DNA of 63,416 nt, filler included, from an uncultured Gemmatimonadota bacterium (lineage in GTDB: Bacteria; Blakebacterota; Blakebacteria; Blakebacterales; Blakebacteraceae): assembly GCA_964576115.1 (NCBI GenBank). It is 6 parts of 6 records of this genome, joined end to end, with 100 filler letters (N's around TTAATTAATTAA, not from the genome) between each part and the next. Parts side by side here need not be neighbours in the genome. Positions count along the whole stretch, not along the records: positions 12,448 to 23,687 come from CAZNUA010000081.1; positions 23,788 to 34,840 come from CAZNUA010000082.1; 4 more parts are not named here. The stretch is one strand, 5' to 3'. Shown piece after piece: positions 20,466 through 29,260 of this stretch; within the stretch, counting starts at the first letter, position 1, and every line of letters starts with the position of its first letter. The translations under genes were made by a program, and so were the position numbers. Under the pieces are notes generated by a model that had not been told where the DNA came from, did not search any database, and was given only the letters and a program-made list of their open reading frames with translations.

Positions 20466-21914
20466 ATGAAAAATGCCGCCGCTCTCGTACCGGCCTTCTG
20501 TCTGGTGGGCTCGCTCTGTCTTCCAGCCCGGGCTCAGCACTATGAACCGACCTGGGATTCACTTGATGCCCGGCCGATCCCGGCCTGGTTCACCGAGGCC
20601 CGGTTCGGGATCTTCATCCACTGGGGGGTCTACTCGGTGCCCGCCTGGCGTCCGCTTTCAGAACGCCGCTACGCCTCCTATGCCGAGTGGTACTACGCCA
20701 GCGTGATCGGCGACAGCCTGCACGGCGGCGACGCCTTCCACCGGCGGGTCTACGGCGACGATTTCGCATACCGCGACTTCGGACCATTGTTCGGGGCCGA
20801 ACTCTTCGATCCCGATCAGTGGGCCGACCTCTTCGCCCGCTCGGGCGCCCGCTATGTGGTCCTGACGAGCAAGCACCACGACGGTTACTGCCTCTGGCCC
20901 ACCCGGAGTCCGTACAAGCGGGACTGGAACAGTTCAGCCGTCGGACCGCACCGCGACCTGGTCGGCGACCTTTCAGCCGCGGTGCGCCGGGCGGGTCTGT
21001 GGATGGGGTTGTACTACTCCCTGATCGAGTGGGAGAGCAGCTGGACCCACCGCCGGCCCTCGGGGTACTACCTGGATCGTGAAACGGTCGAGACCTACCG
21101 CATCCCCGAAGAGGACTATGTCACCGGACACGTTCTGCCCCAGCTCCGCGAGCTGGTCACCACCTATCAGCCGGCCCTGATCTTTTCCGACGGCGGCGAG
21201 TGGGACGGCAGCGAGGAGTACTGGCACACCAGGGAGTTCCTGGCCTGGCTCTACAACGAAGCACCCAACCGGCATGAGGTCGTGGTCAACGACCGCTGGG
21301 CCCGCGGCATGCCCGGCCGGCACGGCGATTATTACTCGAGCGAGTACCAGGACACCGAAGCCGTCGGGGTCGGGCACGCCTGGGAAGAGAGCCGGGGTAT
21401 GGGCGGTTCGTACGGGTTCAACCGGGCCGAGGGGATCGACGACTACCGGACCTCGGCCGAACTCATCCGGGAACTGGTGGATGTGGTCAGCCGGGGCGGC
21501 AACCTGCTGCTGAACGTCGGCCCCACCGCCGACGGGCGGATCCCGGTCATCCAGCAGCAGCGGCTCCTCGACATCGGGGCCTGGCTCGAGGTCAACGGCG
21601 ATGCGATCTACGGCACCCGGGCCTGGAGCGGATCAGCAGAGCAGGAGCGGGATGCGACCGGGCCGTATTTCACCCGCAAGGGGGACGATCTCTACGTCAT
21701 CGTCTTCGGCTGGCCGAGGGAGGCGGTACGGATTACGGGCTTGACGGCCGGCAAGCCGTTCGCACTCGACATGCTCGGTCTGGAGACACCAGTCGAGCAC
21801 CGCTGGAGCGGGGATCTGCTACTGCTCGAACCGCCCGACATTTCACCAGCCGATGTGCCCTGCGAATACGCCTTCACCTTCAGGCTGTCGGGGATCCTGG
21901 CGGGAAGCAGGTGA
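20466..21914 (+). CDS. Alpha-L-fucosidase GH29
   Basis: WF.EARFGIFIHWGVYSVP, LTSKHHDGYCLW, VNDRW, GGNLLLNVGP; signal peptide. Confidence 0.95.
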   Translation: MKNAAALVPAFCLVGSLCLPARAQHYEPTWDSLDARPIPAWFTEARFGIFIHWGVYSVPAWRPLSERRYASYAEWYYASVIGDSLHGGDAFHRRVYGDDFAYRDFGPLFGAELFDPDQWADLFARSGARYVVLTSKHHDGYCLWPTRSPYKRDWNSSAVGPHRDLVGDLSAAVRRAGLWMGLYYSLIEWESSWTHRRPSGYYLDRETVETYRIPEEDYVTGHVLPQLRELVTTYQPALIFSDGGEWDGSEEYWHTREFLAWLYNEAPNRHEVVVNDRWARGMPGRHGDYYSSEYQDTEAVGVGHAWEESRGMGGSYGFNRAEGIDDYRTSAELIRELVDVVSRGGNLLLNVGPTADGRIPVIQQQRLLDIGAWLEVNGDAIYGTRAWSGSAEQERDATGPYFTRKGDDLYVIVFGWPREAVRITGLTAGKPFALDMLGLETPVEHRWSGDLLLLEPPDISPADVPCEYAFTFRLSGILAGSR

Positions 21915-21927
21915 ACGTTATTTGTGC

Positions 21928-23205
21928 TCAGTTTGGGTATGGTAATCCCTCATGTACTGGTACTACTCGGTAAACTGTTGGCAGCCACTCACCGGTGATA
22001 GAATCCGAGCGCATGATTAGCAAACGCCCATTGTAGATGCTCCTATCATTCGCCAGTATCCCCTTCGGGCGAACAGTACATCCCAGGTACTCTCCCTCCG
22101 GACTGAACACGCGCCATGTTGTATTCAAGTCACTTGCAACCCCCCGTGGGTACTGAGGAACCCTGACCCAGATGTATCCATTATCTTCAATCTCAATCTT
22201 TGAGCAGAAAGCAACCGTCTCGGGGAATTGAAGGCTGTCGACCTTGTTTTGATCTGCTTGGCTTATCTCCTCCGATTGTGCCCGGTAGATACTCAGAATG
22301 GTATCTTTCACGTGCTGCTGCATCGAATTGGTGACAATTTGTGGATCCTGTACAACCCTCACTTCTTGTCCAAGTTCACCATCAGGTAGGTACACCCTAT
22401 AGACAGGTTCAATTCCAGAGCAAATCACAACACCGACATGCGAATTGAAAACACATGCTGGTTCCGGCCCGAATGGGTATTGGTATGGGCTTGGAGCAAT
22501 TCTGACTCCTGCGCTGGTGGTGATCATTGCTTCATAGGTGAAGCCCTCATCTACCCACGGAGTGGTGATTGCAGCTATCGTATCGCCCTCTGGGCTGGTA
22601 AAGAGAGCACACTGCTGCATCGTGTATCTGAGTCGTGAAGGGTCACGATTAAAGAACAGGTGCACGTGTGAGCCATCATCCAAGGTGTAGTAAGTATTTG
22701 TATACCAGGCGGTTCTGGGAACTGTTGGAACTCTTGGGGGAACAATTTCATCTATATACCGGCCACTCACTGTGTACGTAAACAGTCGACGGCGAGAATT
22801 GTCTATTAGAGTGACCTCGCCATTGCGAACTTCCTGAATGCGTGGTTGCTGGAACTCACCAGGCCCATACCCCTTTCGTCCAATAGTGTGGGAGTACCGG
22901 CCATCAGGATGGTAGACAAGAACTGCACCCTTACCCCAATCGGATATATACAGATTGCCATCTTCATCAGAGGAGAATTTAAAAGGCTGCTCCAGAATCG
23001 TTTCTTCAATTGAGCTGGGAGGTATTACACAATCGACGTCATATCGAAATAAGTCTGAATCATACTTCGGACCGCCTGTCGTTTCTGATATCTGGATACC
23101 ATTCTCTACATACTGCCTGAACTGATGAGTTGATGAAGTCGATCTAGAACTGCATGCGCCGCCGAGCAAGATGATAACTGAGAGGCCCAAGCGAGCTATC
23201 TGCAA
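21928..23205 (-). CDS. 6-bladed beta-propeller (NHL-like) lipoprotein, low GC
   Basis: Lipobox GGAC, DEDGNLYISD, IGRKGYGPGEF, VFSPEGEYLG; TTG start after TAGGAG. Confidence 0.8.
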   Translation of the reverse strand: MQIARLGLSVIILLGGACSSRSTSSTHQFRQYVENGIQISETTGGPKYDSDLFRYDVDCVIPPSSIEETILEQPFKFSSDEDGNLYISDWGKGAVLVYHPDGRYSHTIGRKGYGPGEFQQPRIQEVRNGEVTLIDNSRRRLFTYTVSGRYIDEIVPPRVPTVPRTAWYTNTYYTLDDGSHVHLFFNRDPSRLRYTMQQCALFTSPEGDTIAAITTPWVDEGFTYEAMITTSAGVRIAPSPYQYPFGPEPACVFNSHVGVVICSGIEPVYRVYLPDGELGQEVRVVQDPQIVTNSMQQHVKDTILSIYRAQSEEISQADQNKVDSLQFPETVAFCSKIEIEDNGYIWVRVPQYPRGVASDLNTTWRVFSPEGEYLGCTVRPKGILANDRSIYNGRLLIMRSDSITGEWLPTVYRVVPVHEGLPYPN

Positions 23206-23347
23206 GGTTTGTCTCCTAATTGATATATCGACTTACCAACCATTCGCACAGTAGACGATTATCTGACAGCATCTGTAGAAGACGTTTTGCCAGTGCATTC
23301 AAATCGGACTCTATAACCGATTTCATAATCCTAGCACATGATTGATC

Positions 23348-23443
23348 ACCTAACCAGCGCATGCAGTTGTCGCTGGCAGCGGATAGACTATCCGTGAGCG
23401 CGTCATCATGGCGCCACCGCAGCTGACGCGCAAGCTGTTAGCA
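23348..23443 (+). mobile_element. Integron attC recombination site (putative)
   Basis: ACCTAAC (RYYYAAC) ... GTTAGCA. Left arm GCGCAT[G]CAGTTG[T]CG pairs with right arm CGCAGCTGACGCGC, leaving extrahelical G and T. About 96 bp, immediately followed by a gene with a short leader. Confidence 0.75.
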
Positions 23444-23484
23444 CGCATAACACGAAAGCAAGGTAGTATACCGAGAGAGAAGAG

Positions 23485-23687
23485 ATGGAAATTGCTCAAA
23501 CGTTATACGTGACTAATCGAGATGCTTGGCGGGCCTGGTTGGAGAAAAACTCCCATAGAGAAAAAGAGGTCTGGTTGGTTTACTACCGCAAGGAAGCAGA
23601 GAAGCCCCGGATTCCATACAATGATGCGGTTGAAGAAGCGCTCTGTTTTGGTTGGATCGACAGCGTTAATAAAAAGCTGGATGAAGA
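23485..23687 (+). CDS. YdeI/OmpD-associated family protein, 3' truncated by contig end
   Basis: R.AWRAWLEKN...EVWLVYYRK...Y.DAVEEALCFGWIDS. Confidence 0.88.
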
Positions 23688-23787
23688 NNNNNNNNNNNNN
23701 NNNNNNNNNNNNNNNNNNNNNNNNNNNNNNNTTAATTAATTAANNNNNNNNNNNNNNNNNNNNNNNNNNNNNNNNNNNNNNNNNNNN
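23688..23787. other. Artificial contig linker
   Basis: N-run, TTAATTAATTAA, N-run. Confidence 0.98.
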
Positions 23788-23825
23788 GAGACGCTCCCCG
23801 GGGAGGTCTTGCGCCCCTTTATATG

Positions 23826-23842
23826 CGCAAGCCCCGTGCCAG
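23826..23842 (-). promoter_or_regulatory. Sigma54 (-24/-12) promoter pointing off the contig's left end
   Basis: Minus strand CTGGCACGGGGCTTGCG matches TGGCAC-N5-TTGC. Confidence 0.7.
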
Positions 23843-23857
23843 AACGGAGGTACAGGT

Positions 23858-23878
23858 TTATCCACAGCATGTGGATAA
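23858..23878. promoter_or_regulatory. Inverted pair of perfect DnaA boxes
   Basis: TTATCCACA (23858-23866), GCA, TGTGGATAA (23870-23878). Confidence 0.75.
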
Positions 23879-24240
23879 CTTCTTTCGGAAATAAAATTTC
23901 CGCCCCTCGGAAAGTCATTGTCCGAAACGCGTAGTGTATTCTCCGGCAATCATTTACAGAGCGAAAAGGGCGTAATTTTCGGAGTCCGAATATCTTTCTG
24001 TCTGACGATCGCGGACACTGTCGTTGCAGAATGACACGGCACGGGTTTGCCCCCTGTCCCCTCTCGACCGGAAGTAAATTTCCGGGTATGTGCAGAATAT
24101 TTTCCGATTTCGCCCTGCAGTCTAAGGATAAAACAACCTTAATTTTGTCCGGGGGTTCGACGGGGGTTCGCCCGATGGTTCACCGGGGGGTTCGCCGATT
24201 CCCATTCACCAGCGGCGGCCCGGAGCGTATCCTGCCCGAC

Positions 24241-25730
24241 ATGACTCCCCGCGTGTGCATCATCGGTCTGGACTGCGCCGATCCCCGGCTCGTCTTCGAA
24301 GCCTTCGCCGCCGGGATGCCGGCCGTCACGGCCCTGCGCAGCGGCCTGCGCAGCGGAAACGACACTCCCGGGCCGGGCGGCAGCATTCGCGACGATCCCC
24401 CCGGCGGCCGGCGTGAGGGCACGAACTGGGGTTCCCTGCGTTCCTGTCATCCCCCCATCACGGTCCCGGCCTGGTCGGTCATGACCAGCGGCCGCGATCC
24501 GGGCCAGCTGGGTCTCTACGGTTTCCGGAACCGGCCCGATTACGGCTACACCCCGCTCGCCGTGGCCACCAGCCGCGACGTGCGCGCTCCCCGGATCTGG
24601 GACCGTCTCGACCGGCCCGGGGACCATTCGATCGTGGTAGGCGTACCCGGTACCTGGCCGCCGACCCCGATCCGGGGCGAGATGGTCAGCGGCCCCCTGG
24701 CCCCCGCCCTGTCGGAGAGCGCCACCTACCCGCCCGCACTGGCGGCCGAGATCGAAGCGACTGTCGGCGAGTACGAGTTCGATATTTCCGGTTTCCGCAC
24801 TCTCGGGCGCGAGCAGCTCCTCGAGGCCATCATCCGGCAGACCCGGCGGCGCTTCCGGCTCTTCCGGCACCTGCTCACCACCCGGCCCTGGACCTTCGCC
24901 ATGCTGGTCGAGATGGGCACCGACCGCATCCATCACGCTTTCTGGCGCTATCACGATCCCGCCCACCGGCTCCACGAGCCCGATTCACCCTGGCGGGACG
25001 CCATCAGGGACTACTACGGCCTGATCGATGCCGAGATCGCCGAGACCCTGAACGCGCTGGATTCAGCGGTGCCTCGTGCCGAGCGCGCGGCCCTGAACCT
25101 GCTGATCGTNNNNNNNNNNNNNNNNNNNNNNNNNNNNNNNNNNNNNNNNNNNNNNNNNNNNNNNNNNNNNNNNNNNNNNNNNNNNNNNNNNNNNNNNNNN
25201 NNNNNNNNNTCGTCGAGCCGGCCATGGTCGACGCTCTGCTCGCCGAACTGACGGACAAACTCGACGCCCTGCCCGACGACCGGGGCCGGCCGATGGGCAC
25301 CCACTGCCACCGGCCGCGCGACCTCTACCGGGCCGTGACCGGTATCCCGCCCGATCTGATGATCTACTTCGGCGATCTGGCCTGGCGCAGCATCGGCACC
25401 GTGGACCGGCGCCTTCTGACCGGCACCCCGGCCTGGCGCAGTATCGGCACAGTGGACCGGCGCCTTCTGACCGACACCCCGACCCCCGGCACGCTGCGAC
25501 CCGGCCGCATCACCGACGACATGCTCTACACCCCCGGCAACGACCTCGGCCCCGACGACGCCAACCACGACTGGGAGGGGATCGTCATCGCCGCGCAGGG
25601 CGAGTCGATCTTCGGGGGCTCAGACTCCGGACAGGAAGGACCTGAAGCGCGGGTTCTTTCACTGCCGAGAAATATCGAAGACGTTGCCGGGTGGGTGCTG
25701 ACCCGGCTCGGCGTCGGAGCCGATGTGTGA
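24241..25730 (+). CDS. Alkaline phosphatase superfamily / type I phosphodiesterase-like protein (spans 100-N gap)
   Basis: IIGLDCAD, S.HPPITVPAW..MTSG.DPG.LG.YGFR, GTDRIHH.FW before the gap; PDL..YFGDL.WRS.GT, NDLGPDDANH.. after it. Continuity across the gap is inferred. Confidence 0.8.
25380..25481 (+). repeat. 51-bp in-frame tandem duplication (AWRSIGTVDRRLLT[G/D]TP x2)
   Basis: Two copies at 25380 and 25431 differing at three bases. Confidence 0.92.
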
Positions 25731-25813
25731 GTTCGCCACGACACCTGTACCCCGGTCCCCGAGTCAGAAAACAGTCGAGATGCTCATTCCCTCTGTCGCA
25801 TGATTGAGAGGTG

Positions 25814-27088
25814 TTAAAACGACCACAGCATCGACAGCGGCAGGGCGATCCTGCCCTCACCGAACGACAACAGTTCTTCGCCGAGATAGACAACGAATCC
25901 GACCCCGCGATAACTGCACCCTGGTCCTTGAGCTAAAAACCAGTCGATATGGCGAAAGTCACGCCTGTCAACGTGGGTCGTGGCTTTGATCTCGATCAGT
26001 GCCAGCAGCCGTCCCGGTGACTCGGCGATGATATCGATTTCATGGGGTGGCAACCGCCAGTGATAGAGGCGCCAGCGTTTCGAAAGGTGCGGTAGAGTTT
26101 TTTCCAGTTCGCTGAAGACAAATGTCTCCAACAGGTGACCGAACGCCGTTGGATCGGCACCGAGATCGAAGCTTGATGAGTCTTCTCCCCTCAATGCTGT
26201 GACGCAGCCGGTATCCATGAAATGCAGCTTCGGGGCTTTGATTTCCCGCTTGGCTCCCGAGGATGTCCAGGCACCGAGCCGGTGTATGACTCCGAGACGT
26301 GAGAGAATATCGAGATAGTCGTTCACCGTCTCTTTGCGCACACCGAGCGCCCGGCACAGATCGGCGACGTTGAGCTCCTGCGCCGTCCGTGCCGCCGTCT
26401 GGTCGATCAGACGTCGCAAAATATCCGGCTTTCGGATCGGGACCACAGGCGCCACATCGCGTTCGACGATCGTATCAAGGTAGTCTGCATAGCGCAGCAT
26501 GCGGTCGGAATCAGAGAGAGGGCGGATTTCCGGAAAACCGCCCCGCACCATCAGATCGATGACGTGTGACCGCTCAACAGGTACCGGCCGGGGAAGTGCG
26601 TCGAGGCAATCGTCCGATTTCTCGGCGACCACATCAAGAAGGCGGCACGGCGAACTTTCCGCGATCTCCGCCGTGCTGAGGGGCCGCAATGTCAGGGTCA
26701 CGACCCGCCCGGCCAGCGAGTCATAGGCTTCACCGGCGGTAAAGACGTTCGATGAACCGGTGAGCAGGTACTGGCCGAAACGCCTGTTGGAGTCGACGAT
26801 CCGTTTCAGTGCCAGAGTGATTGCCGGCACGCGCTGGACCTCGTCGATAACGATCGGTCGGCCGGTCTCTTCGGATTCCTCAGAGAGAAGGTGAAGCTGA
26901 CCGTAAGGATCCGCTTCGATTGCAGCCCGAACGGCGTCATCATCGAGGGTGAAGTACCTGGTTGATGCAATCAGATCCCTGACAAGCGTTGTCTTGCCGG
27001 ACTGTCGGGGCCCGACGATGTTGACGACTCTGCTCATACCGAGAGCGTGTTCAACCCTCGAGGCCAGATGCCGGGGAATGATTGTCAT
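25814..27088 (-). CDS. AAA+ ATPase (AAA_14) with wHTH and DUF4143 / PD-(D/E)xK-like C-terminus
   Basis: Walker A GPRQSGKT, Walker B IVIDEVQ, LLTGS, SLAGR, GGFP, HTH-like LNVADLCRALGVRKETVNDYL, KLHFMDTG, EIDII...LIEIK. Confidence 0.9.
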   Translation of the reverse strand: MTIIPRHLASRVEHALGMSRVVNIVGPRQSGKTTLVRDLIASTRYFTLDDDAVRAAIEADPYGQLHLLSEESEETGRPIVIDEVQRVPAITLALKRIVDSNRRFGQYLLTGSSNVFTAGEAYDSLAGRVVTLTLRPLSTAEIAESSPCRLLDVVAEKSDDCLDALPRPVPVERSHVIDLMVRGGFPEIRPLSDSDRMLRYADYLDTIVERDVAPVVPIRKPDILRRLIDQTAARTAQELNVADLCRALGVRKETVNDYLDILSRLGVIHRLGAWTSSGAKREIKAPKLHFMDTGCVTALRGEDSSSFDLGADPTAFGHLLETFVFSELEKTLPHLSKRWRLYHWRLPPHEIDIIAESPGRLLALIEIKATTHVDRRDFRHIDWFLAQGPGCSYRGVGFVVYLGEELLSFGEGRIALPLSMLWSF

Positions 27089-27120
27089 CCGGTACTCCTG
27101 AGGTGTCTGCTGCATCCTTT

Positions 27121-27233
27121 TTACGCAAAAAGGCTATTACAGCATATGAAATAAGGCTATTATAATCAATGCAAAAAGGCTATTATACTCAAAGTAGCAA
27201 GGCTATTACATCTTATGCAAAAAGGCTATTACA
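27121..27233. repeat. Five-copy iteron-like direct repeat array, core AAGGCTATTA, exact 23-bp period
   Basis: Cores start at 27130, 27153, 27176, 27199 and 27222; an inverted 9-bp copy (AATAGCCTT) lies at 27298-27306. Confidence 0.95.
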
Positions 27234-27313
27234 CATCCGCTTCATCTCTGCATCGCACGATGCAGTGAATTCTTCGTTGTGCAACGGTGCGATGATCAAT
27301 AGCCTTCACATCT

Positions 27314-29014
27314 ATGTCGCGACGTCCCCGTAAATCTCCTCTCGGCCCCGCCCGGGGCATCGTCAAACCCCGAACCCGCAAACCCGCCGGTTGGGGCCGC
27401 TCGGATGGCTCGGGCGGATACGCCATCCGGCTTACTCTCGCGGGCACGGATCCCCCCGTCTGGCGGCTCCTGGAGGTTCCCGATGTCCTGAGCCTCCATC
27501 TCTTCCACCTGGCCATCCAGATTGTCATGCCGTGGGAGAATCGCCACCTGTATGAGTATCTCATCGGGGGAGAGCGCTGGGGTATCGTCGGTCCGGCCGG
27601 CTACTGGCCCGCAATGGGTGTGCGCGATGCACGGCATGCAACACTGGCGGATGTCCTGCCCGGAGTGGGATTCACTTTCCGATACATGTACGACTGGGGC
27701 GACATGTGGGAGCATGAACTGACGGTGGAGAAGGTACTGCCCCCCGGCAAGAGTCTGATACGACCGCGCTGTACGGATGGCGAGGGCGCCGCACCGCCCG
27801 AAGACTGCGGCGGTACCGACGGATTCTACGAGATGCTGGCCATTCTAGAGGATCCTGCGCACCCCGACCATGCCCGGAACAAGCTGTGGCTGGGCGGCGA
27901 TTTCGATCCCGACCTGTTCAATACCCTCGTCGCGGACCAGCTCCTGCGCCATCTGCCCGAGCCTGAACAGTGGGAGCCCGCCTCACAAAATCCGGCTGAA
28001 TTCTTCAACTACTTCATCCATCGGGCTATTGAAGAAGAGAAGCCTGTCCTGAGCCGCAAGCGGGACTTTGAGCAATTCATGAAAGTGCAGGAACACCGTT
28101 TCGAGGAACTGGCCGATCCTGATTACGGCGGACTCAGCTCCAGACAGTACAACCTGCTGATAAATGACGAATGGGATCGCCCGGAATCGGCCATGATATT
28201 CGATCGTTCCCTGCCGGCCGAAGAATTGTCAGGGATAACGGCCTTCGAGCATTCACACGGGTTCCTCGCATCGATCGACGCCAGAGGAGGGTGCATTCCC
28301 ATCCAGGAAGGCGGTATCCCCGAACCCGCCTTCGTCACAGAACTCCTCTCGCGACGGGAGTGGTCGCAGTGGCTTCCCGACGATTGGGAACCTCCTGCGG
28401 CAGACGAAAGCGGTGACACGACCCATCCCGTCGATGAACTGGGCCGCCTGCTCAAAGAGCGTTCCCTGCTTCGTATCAACCGGGGACGAATGTGTCTTAC
28501 GAAACAGGGCCGGCGAATGCTCGCTCCCGAGCACGCGGGCGACTTGTTGGCCGAGATGTTCCTGGCTCTCTTCGCTCTCTCTCCGGACGCAGCGGCACGC
28601 TCAGGTAACCTGGACACCTCCGTGCGGAAGGCGGCGGCCTTCGCGCTCTGGCGGTTCTCCGTTCTCCCCTGTGAATGGTACGATCTGCCGACACTGGCCG
28701 TGGAACTGCTTCCGGCGACCATCACCGAAAGGATCGCCGCTGCCTGGGAATATGCAACCAGCAAGTACGCCGAGGAGGTCGAGGCGATTCCGGGATTATC
28801 TCCGGAATTGTCTCCCCGGTCGGCGATCATGATCACTCTGGATAACCTCTTACTTTGTCCCCTGTACGATTTCGGTCTGCTGGAACGCAGGGGAGAAAGA
28901 CAGGGCAGCGTTACCCGACGCTACGATCACCGCCGCTCGCCCCTGCTGGAACGATTCATCCACTTCGAGGGACTGCCCACCGAGCCTTTCCTTATGACCG
29001 AATGGTTATCATAA
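27314..29014 (+). CDS. Plasmid pRiA4b ORF-3 family protein with long C-terminal extension
   Basis: I.LTL.GT.PPVWR.LEVP...SL..FH..IQ..M.W...HLYEY, F.Y.YDWGD.WEH, C.DGEGA.PPEDCGG..G, FDP..F. Confidence 0.85.
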   Translation: MSRRPRKSPLGPARGIVKPRTRKPAGWGRSDGSGGYAIRLTLAGTDPPVWRLLEVPDVLSLHLFHLAIQIVMPWENRHLYEYLIGGERWGIVGPAGYWPAMGVRDARHATLADVLPGVGFTFRYMYDWGDMWEHELTVEKVLPPGKSLIRPRCTDGEGAAPPEDCGGTDGFYEMLAILEDPAHPDHARNKLWLGGDFDPDLFNTLVADQLLRHLPEPEQWEPASQNPAEFFNYFIHRAIEEEKPVLSRKRDFEQFMKVQEHRFEELADPDYGGLSSRQYNLLINDEWDRPESAMIFDRSLPAEELSGITAFEHSHGFLASIDARGGCIPIQEGGIPEPAFVTELLSRREWSQWLPDDWEPPAADESGDTTHPVDELGRLLKERSLLRINRGRMCLTKQGRRMLAPEHAGDLLAEMFLALFALSPDAAARSGNLDTSVRKAAAFALWRFSVLPCEWYDLPTLAVELLPATITERIAAAWEYATSKYAEEVEAIPGLSPELSPRSAIMITLDNLLLCPLYDFGLLERRGERQGSVTRRYDHRRSPLLERFIHFEGLPTEPFLMTEWLS

Positions 29015-29050
29015 TACGAAACATGATAGGTGGTTGCTGAAGGAGGTCGC

Positions 29051-29257
29051 ATGCGGAAGTTCACCGCTGTCGTTGAGCGAGATCCAGACACGGGTCTTCT
29101 TGTTGGTTACGTACCGGGATTTCCCGGCGCACATACACAGGGCGAAACACTAGATGAACTTCAGGCCAATCTGAAAGAGGTAATCGAGCTTCTGCTTGAA
29201 GACGGGGAGCCGGAACTGGAAGCTGAGTTCATCGGAATTCAGACCATTACGACCTAA
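29051..29257 (+). CDS. hicB: HicB family antitoxin (short, no DNA-binding domain)
   Basis: FTAVVERD......VPGFPGAHTQGETLDEL..NLKEVIEL; AGGAGG RBS. Confidence 0.9.
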   Translation: MRKFTAVVERDPDTGLLVGYVPGFPGAHTQGETLDELQANLKEVIELLLEDGEPELEAEFIGIQTITT

Positions 29258-29260
29258 CAG

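Noticed and set aside
23788-24240. Definitive oriC call
   Set aside because: Only two perfect DnaA boxes, no dnaA/dnaN neighbour and no clear unwinding element. Reported only as a regulatory observation.
27121-27233. Possible CRISPR mini-array
   Set aside because: The 10-bp core and 13-bp linkers are far too short, the linkers resemble each other, and no cas genes are present. Kept as an iteron-like array instead.
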